Shown here: positions 47,673 through 57,206 of the stretch, one piece after another | How the letters are laid out: every line of letters starts with the position of its first letter | Position numbering within the stretch: position 1 is the stretch's first letter | NCBI GenBank assembly: GCA_045544275.1 | Contig: JAZPYS010000084.1 | Location: 1,471 to 65,470, forward strand | Direction of reading: 5' to 3' | Length of the DNA stretch: 64,000 nucleotides | From: Acetatifactor sp. | GTDB taxonomy: Bacteria; Bacillota; Clostridia; Lachnospirales; Lachnospiraceae | Notes under the pieces: model-generated | Told to the model about the DNA's origin: nothing | What the model saw: only the letters and a program-made list of their open reading frames with translations | The model's database searches: none | Program-made: the position numbers and the translations under genes

Positions 47673-48506
47673 ATGAAAAGAACAATTAAAAGATACATTT
47701 ATCATATATGTATGATTTTGATTAGCCTTGTAATGCTTTATCCGTTGCTTTGGATGATATTTTCATCTTTTAAGCCGGAGCAGCAGATTATGTTGTCCAA
47801 GGGTTCATTAATCCCTAAGGAATGGACATTGGATCATTACATAAGAGGGTGGGGTGGTTCTAATCGGTACAGTTTTGCGGTTTTCTTTAAAAATTCTTTT
47901 TATATAGGAATTGTGAGAACTATTGGTAATACTTTGTCCTGTACATTGGCAGCATATGGTTTTTCCAGAATAAGCTTCAAATTGCGTAAGTTTTGGTTTG
48001 CTATTATGATTTCATGCATGTGTTTGCCGGGGATGGTATTGCAGATCCCTACTTACCTGATGTTCAACAAATTCGGATGGGTAGGCACATTCTTACCGTT
48101 ACTGGTTCCGGCCTTCTTTACAGAGTCTCACGGTATCTTTCTGCTAATGCAATTTATGAAGACGGTACCCAGAGAAATGGATGAAGCAGCAATGATCGAC
48201 GGTTGCGGACGTTTCAGAATGTTTTACAATATTATGCTGCCATTAATTCGTCCTTGTGTGGTAATGACAGCGGTAAATACCTTTATCGGTTCTTGGGGAG
48301 ATTTCTATAGTGCATTGATCTATCTGAACAAGCCAGATATGTATCCTGTGGCTTATGCTTTGAAATTGTTTACTGATGACTCCGGAAATGTTGTGGGACC
48401 ACCTTTGGCGATGAGTGTATTGTCTTTGGTTCCAATTATTATTTTGTTTGCATTTTTCCAGAAGCAGCTGGTAGAAGGTATCAGCACTACCGGCGTAAAA
48501 GGATAA
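47673..48506 (+). CDS. Carbohydrate ABC transporter permease
   Basis: EAA loop MDEAAMIDGC, AAYGFSR, FQKQLVEGI. Confidence 0.92.
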   Translation: MKRTIKRYIYHICMILISLVMLYPLLWMIFSSFKPEQQIMLSKGSLIPKEWTLDHYIRGWGGSNRYSFAVFFKNSFYIGIVRTIGNTLSCTLAAYGFSRISFKLRKFWFAIMISCMCLPGMVLQIPTYLMFNKFGWVGTFLPLLVPAFFTESHGIFLLMQFMKTVPREMDEAAMIDGCGRFRMFYNIMLPLIRPCVVMTAVNTFIGSWGDFYSALIYLNKPDMYPVAYALKLFTDDSGNVVGPPLAMSVLSLVPIIILFAFFQKQLVEGISTTGVKG

Positions 48507-48583
48507 AGCAGGGTGCGTTAGGAAAATTCTACAAAGAAGCTGGAATACTGACATTTGAAATTAGGTATGGTAAAATGTAAAGT

Positions 48584-50335
48584 ATGAAAAAGTTAAGGCT
48601 AAAAATACAAAATTTAAAATTATCAATAAAATTAACGTGCATGATCATTTTTACCTGCTTCGTTCTTTTAATTATGGAACTTTTGAGCAGGCAGAATGTT
48701 TATGATGCCTATGATGAACAACTGTACTTAAAGACGGCACAGGTGTGTATTTCTTATGCCAATCAATTGGAGACCGAGATTGACAAGATAGAAAATCTTT
48801 CTTTTTCGATTGTAGGAGATAAGGGAATACAGGAGAAACTGACCATTATAAAAAAGGATGCGAAGCCATATTATTTCGATGAGATGTCAGAGATAAGTGA
48901 TACTTTATATGGTTACTGCAGTGTAATGGAAAACAATGTTATTGCAGGGATTTTATCCGCAGACAGGGAGTGGATCGGAACGACGATAGAGCGTGAAAAC
49001 CTGGAAGAATATGTGGAAACCGCCTTGGAGAAAAAAGGTAAGATAACCATTTATTCGCAGAATAATAAGATGGGCATCTTTCGTGAAATACGTCAAATCA
49101 GTGGTCTTACCATGAAGCATCTGGGCATTCTTTTCATAGAGGTAAATCTACAGGAGTTGTTGCGTGATATAGAATACAGCTATGCTAAGAATAATGTGGT
49201 TCCGGATATGACTATATTTGATGGGGAAGAGTGTATTTATTCCTCTTCCAAAGAGGTGGTACAGACGCTTGTTGCAGAGAATGCAAGATTGATGGGGGAC
49301 CACTTTGTGATTTCCCACACCTCATCAAAGTTGGGATGGACATTTGTGTTAAGCATTCCTTACAGTGAGATCAACCAGTCCATTAAACAGGCAAATATGA
49401 GAGCTACCATATCCTGTGTTTTAGTTGCTGTCTTGGTTTGTATATTAAGCAGTAGTTTTGTATATTCATTGATGCCACATATTAATTATCTGATGAAGAA
49501 GTTTGAATTGTTTGGCAGCGGCATCATGCCTAAAGCAGAGGATTATCCATCCTATGAAGGACGTACGGATGAGTTTGGCCGGCTGCATAATCAGTTTGAT
49601 CGGATGTCCCAGGAGTATCAACGCCTGACTCAGGAGTCGTATGACAATATGCTTCTACTAAAGGAGGCACAGTTTCAACAGCTTCAACAGCAGATTCGAC
49701 CTCATTTTCTATTTAATACTTTATCTACAATTGTATGGACGGCATCGGAAAATGACGATGTGGAAACTGCCAAAATTGCAGACGCATTGGGGCGGATTTT
49801 AAGAAGTTCTTTCCGAAATGTGGATAAACTGGTTACCGTTCGGGAAGAAATAAAGGTAGTAAGGGACTATATGTATATTCAGAAGCTTCGCTATCAGGAA
49901 CGGTTACAGATGGAAGAGGAAATAGATGAAGAGGTTATGGAAGTAGTGATTCCTTCCTTTACGATACAGCCGATTGTTGAAAATGTGATTGTACATGTGG
50001 TAGAAAATAGCCTGGAAACTTGCAAAATCAGAATTACCGGACATGTTTTGGAGGATGAAGTACAGATTGTTGTGGAGGATAATGGTGGCAATCTGGACGA
50101 AGAGATTTTGAAAAAGCTGGAAGATGGTGAGATTTGCCCTAAGGGAAATGGGGTGGGTCTGAGTAATGTAAATAAACGAATCCAACTTGCGTTTTCCAAA
50201 GAGTATGGACTATCTGTTTCTACCCAAAGGCAATTCAGCAGAGTGACCATTCATCTTCCAAAGGATGATGTTGCAAAGGGGGGCATTGCTTTTTTATTTT
50301 CAAAGAGCAGAGAATTCCTTGAAAAAGGTTTTTAA
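48584..50335 (+). CDS. YesM-like sensor histidine kinase
   Basis: Two TM helices, HAMP (DEFGRL), QQIRPHFLFNTL H-box, QPIVEN, GVGLSNV. Confidence 0.92.
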   Translation: MKKLRLKIQNLKLSIKLTCMIIFTCFVLLIMELLSRQNVYDAYDEQLYLKTAQVCISYANQLETEIDKIENLSFSIVGDKGIQEKLTIIKKDAKPYYFDEMSEISDTLYGYCSVMENNVIAGILSADREWIGTTIERENLEEYVETALEKKGKITIYSQNNKMGIFREIRQISGLTMKHLGILFIEVNLQELLRDIEYSYAKNNVVPDMTIFDGEECIYSSSKEVVQTLVAENARLMGDHFVISHTSSKLGWTFVLSIPYSEINQSIKQANMRATISCVLVAVLVCILSSSFVYSLMPHINYLMKKFELFGSGIMPKAEDYPSYEGRTDEFGRLHNQFDRMSQEYQRLTQESYDNMLLLKEAQFQQLQQQIRPHFLFNTLSTIVWTASENDDVETAKIADALGRILRSSFRNVDKLVTVREEIKVVRDYMYIQKLRYQERLQMEEEIDEEVMEVVIPSFTIQPIVENVIVHVVENSLETCKIRITGHVLEDEVQIVVEDNGGNLDEEILKKLEDGEICPKGNGVGLSNVNKRIQLAFSKEYGLSVSTQRQFSRVTIHLPKDDVAKGGIAFLFSKSREFLEKGF

Positions 50336-50389
50336 TAAAAAACGGGGTGTCAAACTTGACACTACCAAAAAGAAATGAGGAATATTGAT

Positions 50390-51364
50390 ATGAAAAGAAA
50401 CTATTCTGTATTTATTTCTAATGTAGCATCCTGTATGGATCGCTATTGTGCTGCGTATGGCAGGGAGTTCTCTATTGAGGAGATGTTTGACCGGGTAAAA
50501 AGCATACCGCTTTTATCCGCAGTTGACATTGTGCTTACACAGGATTTTAAAAACAATCTTGATACCGTAAGAAAGTGTCTGGAAAAGACAGGTTTAAAGC
50601 TTGCTTCCGTGGCTGTAGATACATTTGCAAACCCAATCTACCAGAAAGGGAGCTTGTCTTCCGTTCATCCTGATGTTCGCAGACAGGCAATCAGTGATGC
50701 TAAATTCGCGGTTGACTTTGCAGCAGAAATGAACTGCAACATTGTAACGTTGTGGCCTGGACAGGATGGATATGATTATTTATTTCAGGCTGATTATATC
50801 AAGGAGCGCACACTCTTTTCAGACGCCTTAAAGGAAATTTGTGAATACAACCAAGATATTACCATTACATTAGAATACAAGCTGAAAGAGCCAAGAACAC
50901 ATTCCTACATAAACACGGTGGGTTCTGCCTTACTTATGTTAAATCATATCGGATGTGAAAATGCCGGAATTGCCCTTGATTATGGTCATGCTGCACTGGG
51001 GTATGAGACTCCAGCAGAAGCGGTTTCTATGTGCAAGATGTATGGAGACCGGCTGAAACATATCCACATCAACGATAACTACCGCCTTTGGGATGATGAT
51101 ATGATTGTCGGAAGTGTTCATACACTTGAATATCTGGAATTCATTTATTGGTTAAGAAGAACAGGTTACGCTGGTTACATGACGCTGGACCAGTTCCCTT
51201 ATCGTGAAGATGGTCGCGAGGCCGTAGAAGAGAGTGCCAAGTGGCTGGATGCCCTTGAGACTGTCATCGATCATGCTGATATGGAAGAGATTGGTGCGGT
51301 TATCAGCAAAAATGATGCCATCGAAGCAAGCAGACTGATGCGAAAAATATTGTTGGGAGTGTAA
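50390..51364 (+). CDS. Xylose-isomerase-family TIM barrel sugar isomerase
   Basis: LWPGQDG, EYKLKEPR, LDYGH, HIHIND...DDDM, LDQFP metal-site motifs. Confidence 0.8.
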   Translation: MKRNYSVFISNVASCMDRYCAAYGREFSIEEMFDRVKSIPLLSAVDIVLTQDFKNNLDTVRKCLEKTGLKLASVAVDTFANPIYQKGSLSSVHPDVRRQAISDAKFAVDFAAEMNCNIVTLWPGQDGYDYLFQADYIKERTLFSDALKEICEYNQDITITLEYKLKEPRTHSYINTVGSALLMLNHIGCENAGIALDYGHAALGYETPAEAVSMCKMYGDRLKHIHINDNYRLWDDDMIVGSVHTLEYLEFIYWLRRTGYAGYMTLDQFPYREDGREAVEESAKWLDALETVIDHADMEEIGAVISKNDAIEASRLMRKILLGV

Positions 51365-51409
51365 AACGGCTGATATGACATCATCATGTTATCAGGAATG
51401 GAGGATATT

Positions 51410-52135
51410 ATGGACAAATTACAAGAAAAGTACAAGGAGCAGATAGAGCAATTAGTAGAAGCGTGCCATCGTGTGGCAGAATTAAATTATGTTACATCCT
51501 CAGGTGGAAATCTATCTGTTTGTGTAGATGATAATACTATGCTCATCACGCCTACAAAGACTTTAAAAAGAAAAATGCGCTTTGAGGATATCTGTATTAT
51601 TGATTTAGACGGAAATATCTTGTTCGCACCGGAAGGTAAAAAACCTACTGGAGAATGGCCGTTTCACACAGCTATCATGAGAAAAAGAACGGATATCAAC
51701 GCAATTGTCCATGCACATCCACCAATTCTTACCGGATATGCAATTGCAAAAACAGGACAGATGGAGCTCCCTATCTTGCCTGAGCCGATTATTGAGGTTG
51801 GTCCGCTTCTAACTGTAAAATATGCGACACCATTGTCCCAGGAGCTGTCAGATAATTTTAAGGAAATGATTGACTTATCTAATGGTTTTTTGATGGAGAA
51901 TCATGGAGCTCTTTTTGTAAGCCAGAATGGAATTGAAGATGCAGTTGAACTACTTCATATGTCAGAATGCATGGCAGAATCGGCTTTTGTTGCACAGCTC
52001 CTTGGAAATATGAATCCAATTTCGCCGGAAGCTGTCAAAGGAATGGATGAAGTAATTCAGATTAGAAATCTGAATATTCCGGGAGCAAAAGGGAAGTATT
52101 CTTCTGCATTTGAATTATATCAACTGGGCAAATAA
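51410..52135 (+). CDS. Class II aldolase/adducin family (fuculose/rhamnulose-phosphate aldolase-like)
   Basis: GGNLS, PTGEWPFH, HAHP, ENHG zinc ligands. Confidence 0.85.
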   Translation: MDKLQEKYKEQIEQLVEACHRVAELNYVTSSGGNLSVCVDDNTMLITPTKTLKRKMRFEDICIIDLDGNILFAPEGKKPTGEWPFHTAIMRKRTDINAIVHAHPPILTGYAIAKTGQMELPILPEPIIEVGPLLTVKYATPLSQELSDNFKEMIDLSNGFLMENHGALFVSQNGIEDAVELLHMSECMAESAFVAQLLGNMNPISPEAVKGMDEVIQIRNLNIPGAKGKYSSAFELYQLGK

Positions 52136-52167
52136 TTATGACCGATACGAGAAAGGGGATTGAGTAC

Positions 52168-53817
52168 ATGGGAACTTTTTTACAAGGTAAGCTTACAGAT
52201 GGAATTTTGGCAGAATGTTATGAAAAAGTAATCCATACCTTAGTAGATACAATAGATACAAATGAACATGTCAGATCTTATATGGGGAAATATGATGAAA
52301 ATATATATTATTTCGCAGAACCAGAATTTTCTGGAAAATATCTCGATTTATGTTCTAAGATATATGGTAGATATAAGGATCAAAAAGCATTGGCAAATGC
52401 TACAAAAGTTGTAGAGAGCATTCTTGAAAATATGGATCAGGACGGATATATCGGATGTTATATTAAGGAGCAGGAATTTAAAGCATTTTCTGTCTGGAAT
52501 CAAATGTTCACGGTCATGGGGCTTCTCTCTTATTATAGAGTCACTGGTTATGAAGAAAGTATTAAAGCAAGTGAAAAATGTGTTTGTTATATCATGGATC
52601 ATTTTGTCGAAAAAGGAGTCGATATTTTTGATTGCCTCAATAATGGAACACAGCATAGCTGCATCTTGTTTGTACTAAGCGACTTATATCAAATAACAGG
52701 CAAGGAAAAATATAAAGATTATATGCTTTATATAATTGAAAGATTCAAGAATTCAGATCTGAATTTTTTGGAATTCAATGATATTTTTGAACTTAGAAGC
52801 CAAAAGGGAATCGAAATTTTGATTATCCTTATCGCAATCTTGAAATATGCCGAATTATTTGATGATAAAAAAGCAATTGAGAGTGTAAAAAAATACTGGC
52901 AGCAAGTCCATGATACGCAGATTCGTAATACTGGAAATGCGACCATGAATGAGGTATGGACAAAAAATGGAAATACCGCAGCAATGCTGGGCAAGGATCA
53001 AAAGCCAAATGAAACCTGCGTTGCTGTGGGGTGGATTGAAATCTCTTTATATCTGTTCAAATTGACGCGGGAAGCCAAATATTTGAATGTAATTGATAAA
53101 ACCATATATAACCATATTCTTGCTTCAATCTCTGAGAGTGGTGATGATTTTGCATATTATCAGCCAAATTACGGAAGCAAGGAAAGAGCAACGTACACAG
53201 AGCAGTACAAATGTTGCCGTTATAGAGGATTTACTTTATTCACGTATATGCCAGAGATGCTTTGCTACGAGGATGATGAGTATATAATCCCTTTGTTATA
53301 TACGAATGCTGAAATATTTTCTAATGGAGTTAAAATTGTAGAAAAGACGGGATATCCTTTTGGCAATGATTTAGAGTTTACCATTGATTCTGACAAATTG
53401 ATAAACAAAAAGTTAAAGTTAAGACTTCCTGAAGGTTATGAACTTACAGAATTTATAGTGAATGGAGCTGCCGTTCTTCCTGATGCAGAAGGCGGATATG
53501 TGGTATTCAATTTAAATGAAGGGCAGCATTATGATGTTAGATTGTGTTTTAAAGCTAAAATTATAGTTGAGAAGGGAACGATCGATCAAAAGGAAGTTGC
53601 AGCAATCAGTTATGGTCAGGTTTTACTCGCGATAAAGGACGAAAACGGGGATATTTGTATTAGCAAGGATAATATAGCTATTGAGCAATTAGATAATAGT
53701 GACTTGGCATATATCCGTTTTGGTGGCAAGGGGATAAAAAATGGAGCAAAAATCAATATCGAATTTACAGACTATGCTTCTGCAGATGGGTATAGAGTGT
53801 GGATCCCATTATTATGA
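52168..53817 (+). CDS. GH127/GH146-like glycoside hydrolase (beta-L-arabinofuranosidase clan)
   Basis: SGKYLD, DGYIG, NEVW, ETCVAVGW and CCRYRG cysteine motifs, TGYPFG; no signal peptide (ORF could start at 52138). Confidence 0.8.
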   Translation: MGTFLQGKLTDGILAECYEKVIHTLVDTIDTNEHVRSYMGKYDENIYYFAEPEFSGKYLDLCSKIYGRYKDQKALANATKVVESILENMDQDGYIGCYIKEQEFKAFSVWNQMFTVMGLLSYYRVTGYEESIKASEKCVCYIMDHFVEKGVDIFDCLNNGTQHSCILFVLSDLYQITGKEKYKDYMLYIIERFKNSDLNFLEFNDIFELRSQKGIEILIILIAILKYAELFDDKKAIESVKKYWQQVHDTQIRNTGNATMNEVWTKNGNTAAMLGKDQKPNETCVAVGWIEISLYLFKLTREAKYLNVIDKTIYNHILASISESGDDFAYYQPNYGSKERATYTEQYKCCRYRGFTLFTYMPEMLCYEDDEYIIPLLYTNAEIFSNGVKIVEKTGYPFGNDLEFTIDSDKLINKKLKLRLPEGYELTEFIVNGAAVLPDAEGGYVVFNLNEGQHYDVRLCFKAKIIVEKGTIDQKEVAAISYGQVLLAIKDENGDICISKDNIAIEQLDNSDLAYIRFGGKGIKNGAKINIEFTDYASADGYRVWIPLL

Positions 53818-53949
53818 TTTTTACTTTAGTTTCATGCAGGAAGGATAATTATTCCTGATGGGATTGGCAGATATGTAAATATGCAACTTTTCGCAAACGA
53901 AATTTAAATACAAAGAAGTTATATCTGGTGATTATGAAGTGACGATTAA

Positions 53950-54099
53950 TGGCATGGAAATTCCATTATAAATATAGTAAATGAGCGATTCCGAAAATTG
54001 TACGAAAATAGTATCTGGCAGGTTGTGTGCCACCACCTGGGAGATAAGGGAATGCGTACGATAGCTGAACGCATCTGGTCTGTTACAAAGGAGAAATAA
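53950..54099 (+). pseudogene. Collapsed SGNH hydrolase remnant
   Basis: Frame reads WHGNSII...VCHHLGDKGMRTIAERIWSVTKEK*, resembling GNSI and HPGDLGMKNIADRIW of the SGNH domain at 43678-45270; no start codon. Confidence 0.6.
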
Positions 54100-54129
54100 A
54101 GTTGATTGTTGTAGGCAGGAGATAGGATA

Positions 54130-55146
54130 ATGATTAAAGTAATGTTAGTGGATGACGAGGCAATTGGCAGGCAGGCCATACGGCGATTGGTGCCCTGGGA
54201 AGAACTGGGGCTTAGCTTGATCGGGAATTGTGCCAATGCAGTGGAAGCGTTGCATGAGATGACCGAAGAAATGCCGGATATATTAATAACAGATATCAAA
54301 ATGCCCATTATAAATGGTATTGAATTGATCGGTAAAGCGAAAGCTATGTATCCATTACTTCAATGTGTGATTATATCCGGATATGATGAGTTCCCATTGG
54401 CTCAGGCTGCCATGATGGAAGGTGTAAAGCATTACTTGTTAAAGCCTTGTATGAAAGATGATGTGGTTGAGGTTCTTAAGAAGTGTATTGAGGAAATTAG
54501 CAAATTAAAGAAAGACTCTTTGGTGCATGGAGATGCAAGAAATGCCATCTTGGATAAGCTGGTGTGGGATTTTAAGAATCTGTCACTGGAGAATGATGCA
54601 GAAGAACAGATCAGACAACTGATGCTCCACTATGGCGAAGATAAAAGTCTGCTTCGAGAGGCGGCAGTGGCATTGATTGTAAGATATTGGCCAGAGGCAC
54701 AGGGTGAGAAGGCCATGAGTCTGATGAGCAAGCTATTTAATGACCGGGAGGATATTTATGCTTATGTGGCAAAGATTCTTACGGAAAGCGAGATACTTGT
54801 CGGAGAGAAGGAGTCTTTTGTAGTCAAGGTGAAGAGCTATGTGGACAGCAATTACGGACAAAGCAATCTTTCGTTACAATATGTTGCCGATAATGTGGTA
54901 AATATGGACGCAAAGCATGTTGGCAGGAAATTTCGTCAAGAAGTAGGAGTTAAATTTAATGACTATCTTTTGAAAGTAAGAATTGAACAGGCCATTCACA
55001 TGCTGGGTTCTCCAAATAACTACAAAATGTATGAGATTGCGGAAACAGTAGGTCTTGGAAATAATGTGCAGTATTTTTATCAGCTTTTCAAACGCTATAC
55101 CGGAATGACACCCCGGGAATATAAAGAAGATGTGTTCCGACTTTGA
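54130..55146 (+). CDS. YesN-like response regulator (REC + AraC HTH)
   Basis: VDDE, ITDIKMP phospho-Asp, K in LLKP, C-terminal AraC HTH (YEIAETVG...FKRYTGMTP). Confidence 0.92.
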   Translation: MIKVMLVDDEAIGRQAIRRLVPWEELGLSLIGNCANAVEALHEMTEEMPDILITDIKMPIINGIELIGKAKAMYPLLQCVIISGYDEFPLAQAAMMEGVKHYLLKPCMKDDVVEVLKKCIEEISKLKKDSLVHGDARNAILDKLVWDFKNLSLENDAEEQIRQLMLHYGEDKSLLREAAVALIVRYWPEAQGEKAMSLMSKLFNDREDIYAYVAKILTESEILVGEKESFVVKVKSYVDSNYGQSNLSLQYVADNVVNMDAKHVGRKFRQEVGVKFNDYLLKVRIEQAIHMLGSPNNYKMYEIAETVGLGNNVQYFYQLFKRYTGMTPREYKEDVFRL

Positions 55147-55165
55147 ATAAGGGAAAGGAATTATA

Positions 55166-56308
55166 ATGAAATATACAATTTATGCAGAAAAAATGCTGCT
55201 AAATGATGAATGGCAGAAGGATGTAGTTGTGGATATTTGCGATGGCAAGATTCAAAATATAGCAGTTGGACAAAGGATGGATACAGACTATCATGTTGCA
55301 TATCTTACGCCGGGAATCATAGATAATCATATTCATGGAGGCAATTTGTTTCATATTCATGAAGCAAGCGTAGCGTCTATGGAGGAGTGGTTGGTACATT
55401 TGACAAAGGCAGGGGTGGCGGCGGTTATGTCAACGCCTTATGGAAGCTACGAGCAAATCAGACATGGACTTGCGATTACCAAAGCAGTTATGGAGCGTCA
55501 GATAGCGGGAGAGTGTGGAGGTGCACTGCTTTTAGGAGTTCATTTAGAGGGGCCTTTTTTTAATGTTTCTCGCAAAGGAGCAATCGAGGAAAACACCATA
55601 TTAAATCCGTCTGTAGCAGAGTATAATCTGTTGGTGCAGGGATATGAGGATATTGTTAAAGAGATGTCTATTGCTCCGGAGAGGGAGGGGGCAGAAGAGT
55701 TGATCCAATACCTTCGTAAACACAATGTTAAGGTACTTGCCGGCCATACTGACTGTACATATGATAAGGCTCTTCAGGCATTTTCCTGGGGAGTGGGAGC
55801 TATCTGCCATACCTTTAATGGTGCGAGACCAATCCATCATCGGGAGCCGGGGATTGTTGCGGCAGCACTCAGTACTCCCCAAATTTACTGTGAGATGATT
55901 GGTGATCTTGAGCATCTGCATCCGGGAACGATTCAGGTTATGATGCATTGTAAAGGGAATAAAAAGCTTATGTTAATTTCTGATGCTGTAAAGACAACAA
56001 ATTGCCCGGATGGCATTTATAAAAATGGATCGGAGCTGGTAGAGGTCAGAGAGGGGGTCTCCAGAGATAAGGAGATGGGATGCCTCTGCGGTGGTGGATG
56101 TTACAGCGCAAAGTCTGTAAAAAAGCTGGTAGAGATCGGTATTGATTTTAAAGATGCTGTTATGGCAGCCAGTACAAATCCAGCAAGGTGGCTTGGATTG
56201 GATTGCATGCCGGAAACAGGCAAGAGAGCATTCTTACAGGGATGGTCGGATAAATACCAGCCGGAGAATGTAATTTTGGGAGACAATATATATGAATGTA
56301 CTATATAA
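55166..56308 (+). CDS. nagA: N-acetylglucosamine-6-phosphate deacetylase family
   Basis: PGIIDNHIHG, HLEGPF, GHT, HTFNG, LISDA, NPAR. Confidence 0.85.
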   Translation: MKYTIYAEKMLLNDEWQKDVVVDICDGKIQNIAVGQRMDTDYHVAYLTPGIIDNHIHGGNLFHIHEASVASMEEWLVHLTKAGVAAVMSTPYGSYEQIRHGLAITKAVMERQIAGECGGALLLGVHLEGPFFNVSRKGAIEENTILNPSVAEYNLLVQGYEDIVKEMSIAPEREGAEELIQYLRKHNVKVLAGHTDCTYDKALQAFSWGVGAICHTFNGARPIHHREPGIVAAALSTPQIYCEMIGDLEHLHPGTIQVMMHCKGNKKLMLISDAVKTTNCPDGIYKNGSELVEVREGVSRDKEMGCLCGGGCYSAKSVKKLVEIGIDFKDAVMAASTNPARWLGLDCMPETGKRAFLQGWSDKYQPENVILGDNIYECTI

Positions 56309-57206
56309 GAGAAATTCTTTACAGAATATGTATGCAATTACTGCAATATGTATTTGGTCCACATCGGCAGCTTTGATAAAAAGTCTTTTAAACAGTATTC
56401 CGAATTTTCAGGTGTTAGCTATAAGCAGCCTATGTGCTTCTGTTTTCTTGCTGATCATAAACATGTTTAGCGGAGATATCCGAGAATTAAAAAGATGTAC
56501 ATATAAGGATTACTTTTCCATGGCTTTATTGGGATTTTTAGGACTCTTTCTGTATTATGGCTTTTATTATTATGGTTTGTCTCAACTGTCATCTCAGGAG
56601 GCTTGCATTTTAAATTACCTTTGGCCCATTATGCTGGTGTTATTTTCTTATGTGATATTGAAGGAGAAGTTAACGACAAAAAAGATTGTTGCTATGGCAT
56701 TATCTTTTTTGGGAGTTGTTGTATTAACCATGGGAAGTAAAGATGCAGTAAATGGCAACAGACTTTTGGGCATCATCAGCTGTATTTTAGGTGCTGTTTG
56801 TTATGGCATATTTTCTGTGTTGAACAAAAAGCGAAATATGAACCAAAATATAACAATGATGGTTGCCTGGTCTATGACTGCTGTATGTGCATTTGTGTCC
56901 GGATGTCTGTTTGAAAAATGGGTAACCATTCAAGGTGTACAATGGATGGGTATTGCTTGGATCGGAGTAGGGATCAATGCATTGGCTTATTTGCTTTGGG
57001 CGTTGGCTTTAAAAGACGCAGGTAATACAGCAGTGATCGCGAATTTAGCTTTTTTAACACCTTTTATTTCTATCGTGATATCAGCTGTCTTTTTGAAAGA
57101 AGAGATCGGGATACAGGCAATCGCAGCTTTGGTGTTAATTGTCAGCGGCATATTGTTACAGAATATAAAGGTAAAGGGAAAAAATAGTGTATTGCATAGG
57201 AATTGA
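56292..57206 (+). CDS. EamA/DMT family transporter
   Basis: Ten hydrophobic segments in two repeats, ILNYLWP..LKEK, FLTPF..LKEE. Confidence 0.85.
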   Translation: MNVLYKRNSLQNMYAITAICIWSTSAALIKSLLNSIPNFQVLAISSLCASVFLLIINMFSGDIRELKRCTYKDYFSMALLGFLGLFLYYGFYYYGLSQLSSQEACILNYLWPIMLVLFSYVILKEKLTTKKIVAMALSFLGVVVLTMGSKDAVNGNRLLGIISCILGAVCYGIFSVLNKKRNMNQNITMMVAWSMTAVCAFVSGCLFEKWVTIQGVQWMGIAWIGVGINALAYLLWALALKDAGNTAVIANLAFLTPFISIVISAVFLKEEIGIQAIAALVLIVSGILLQNIKVKGKNSVLHRN

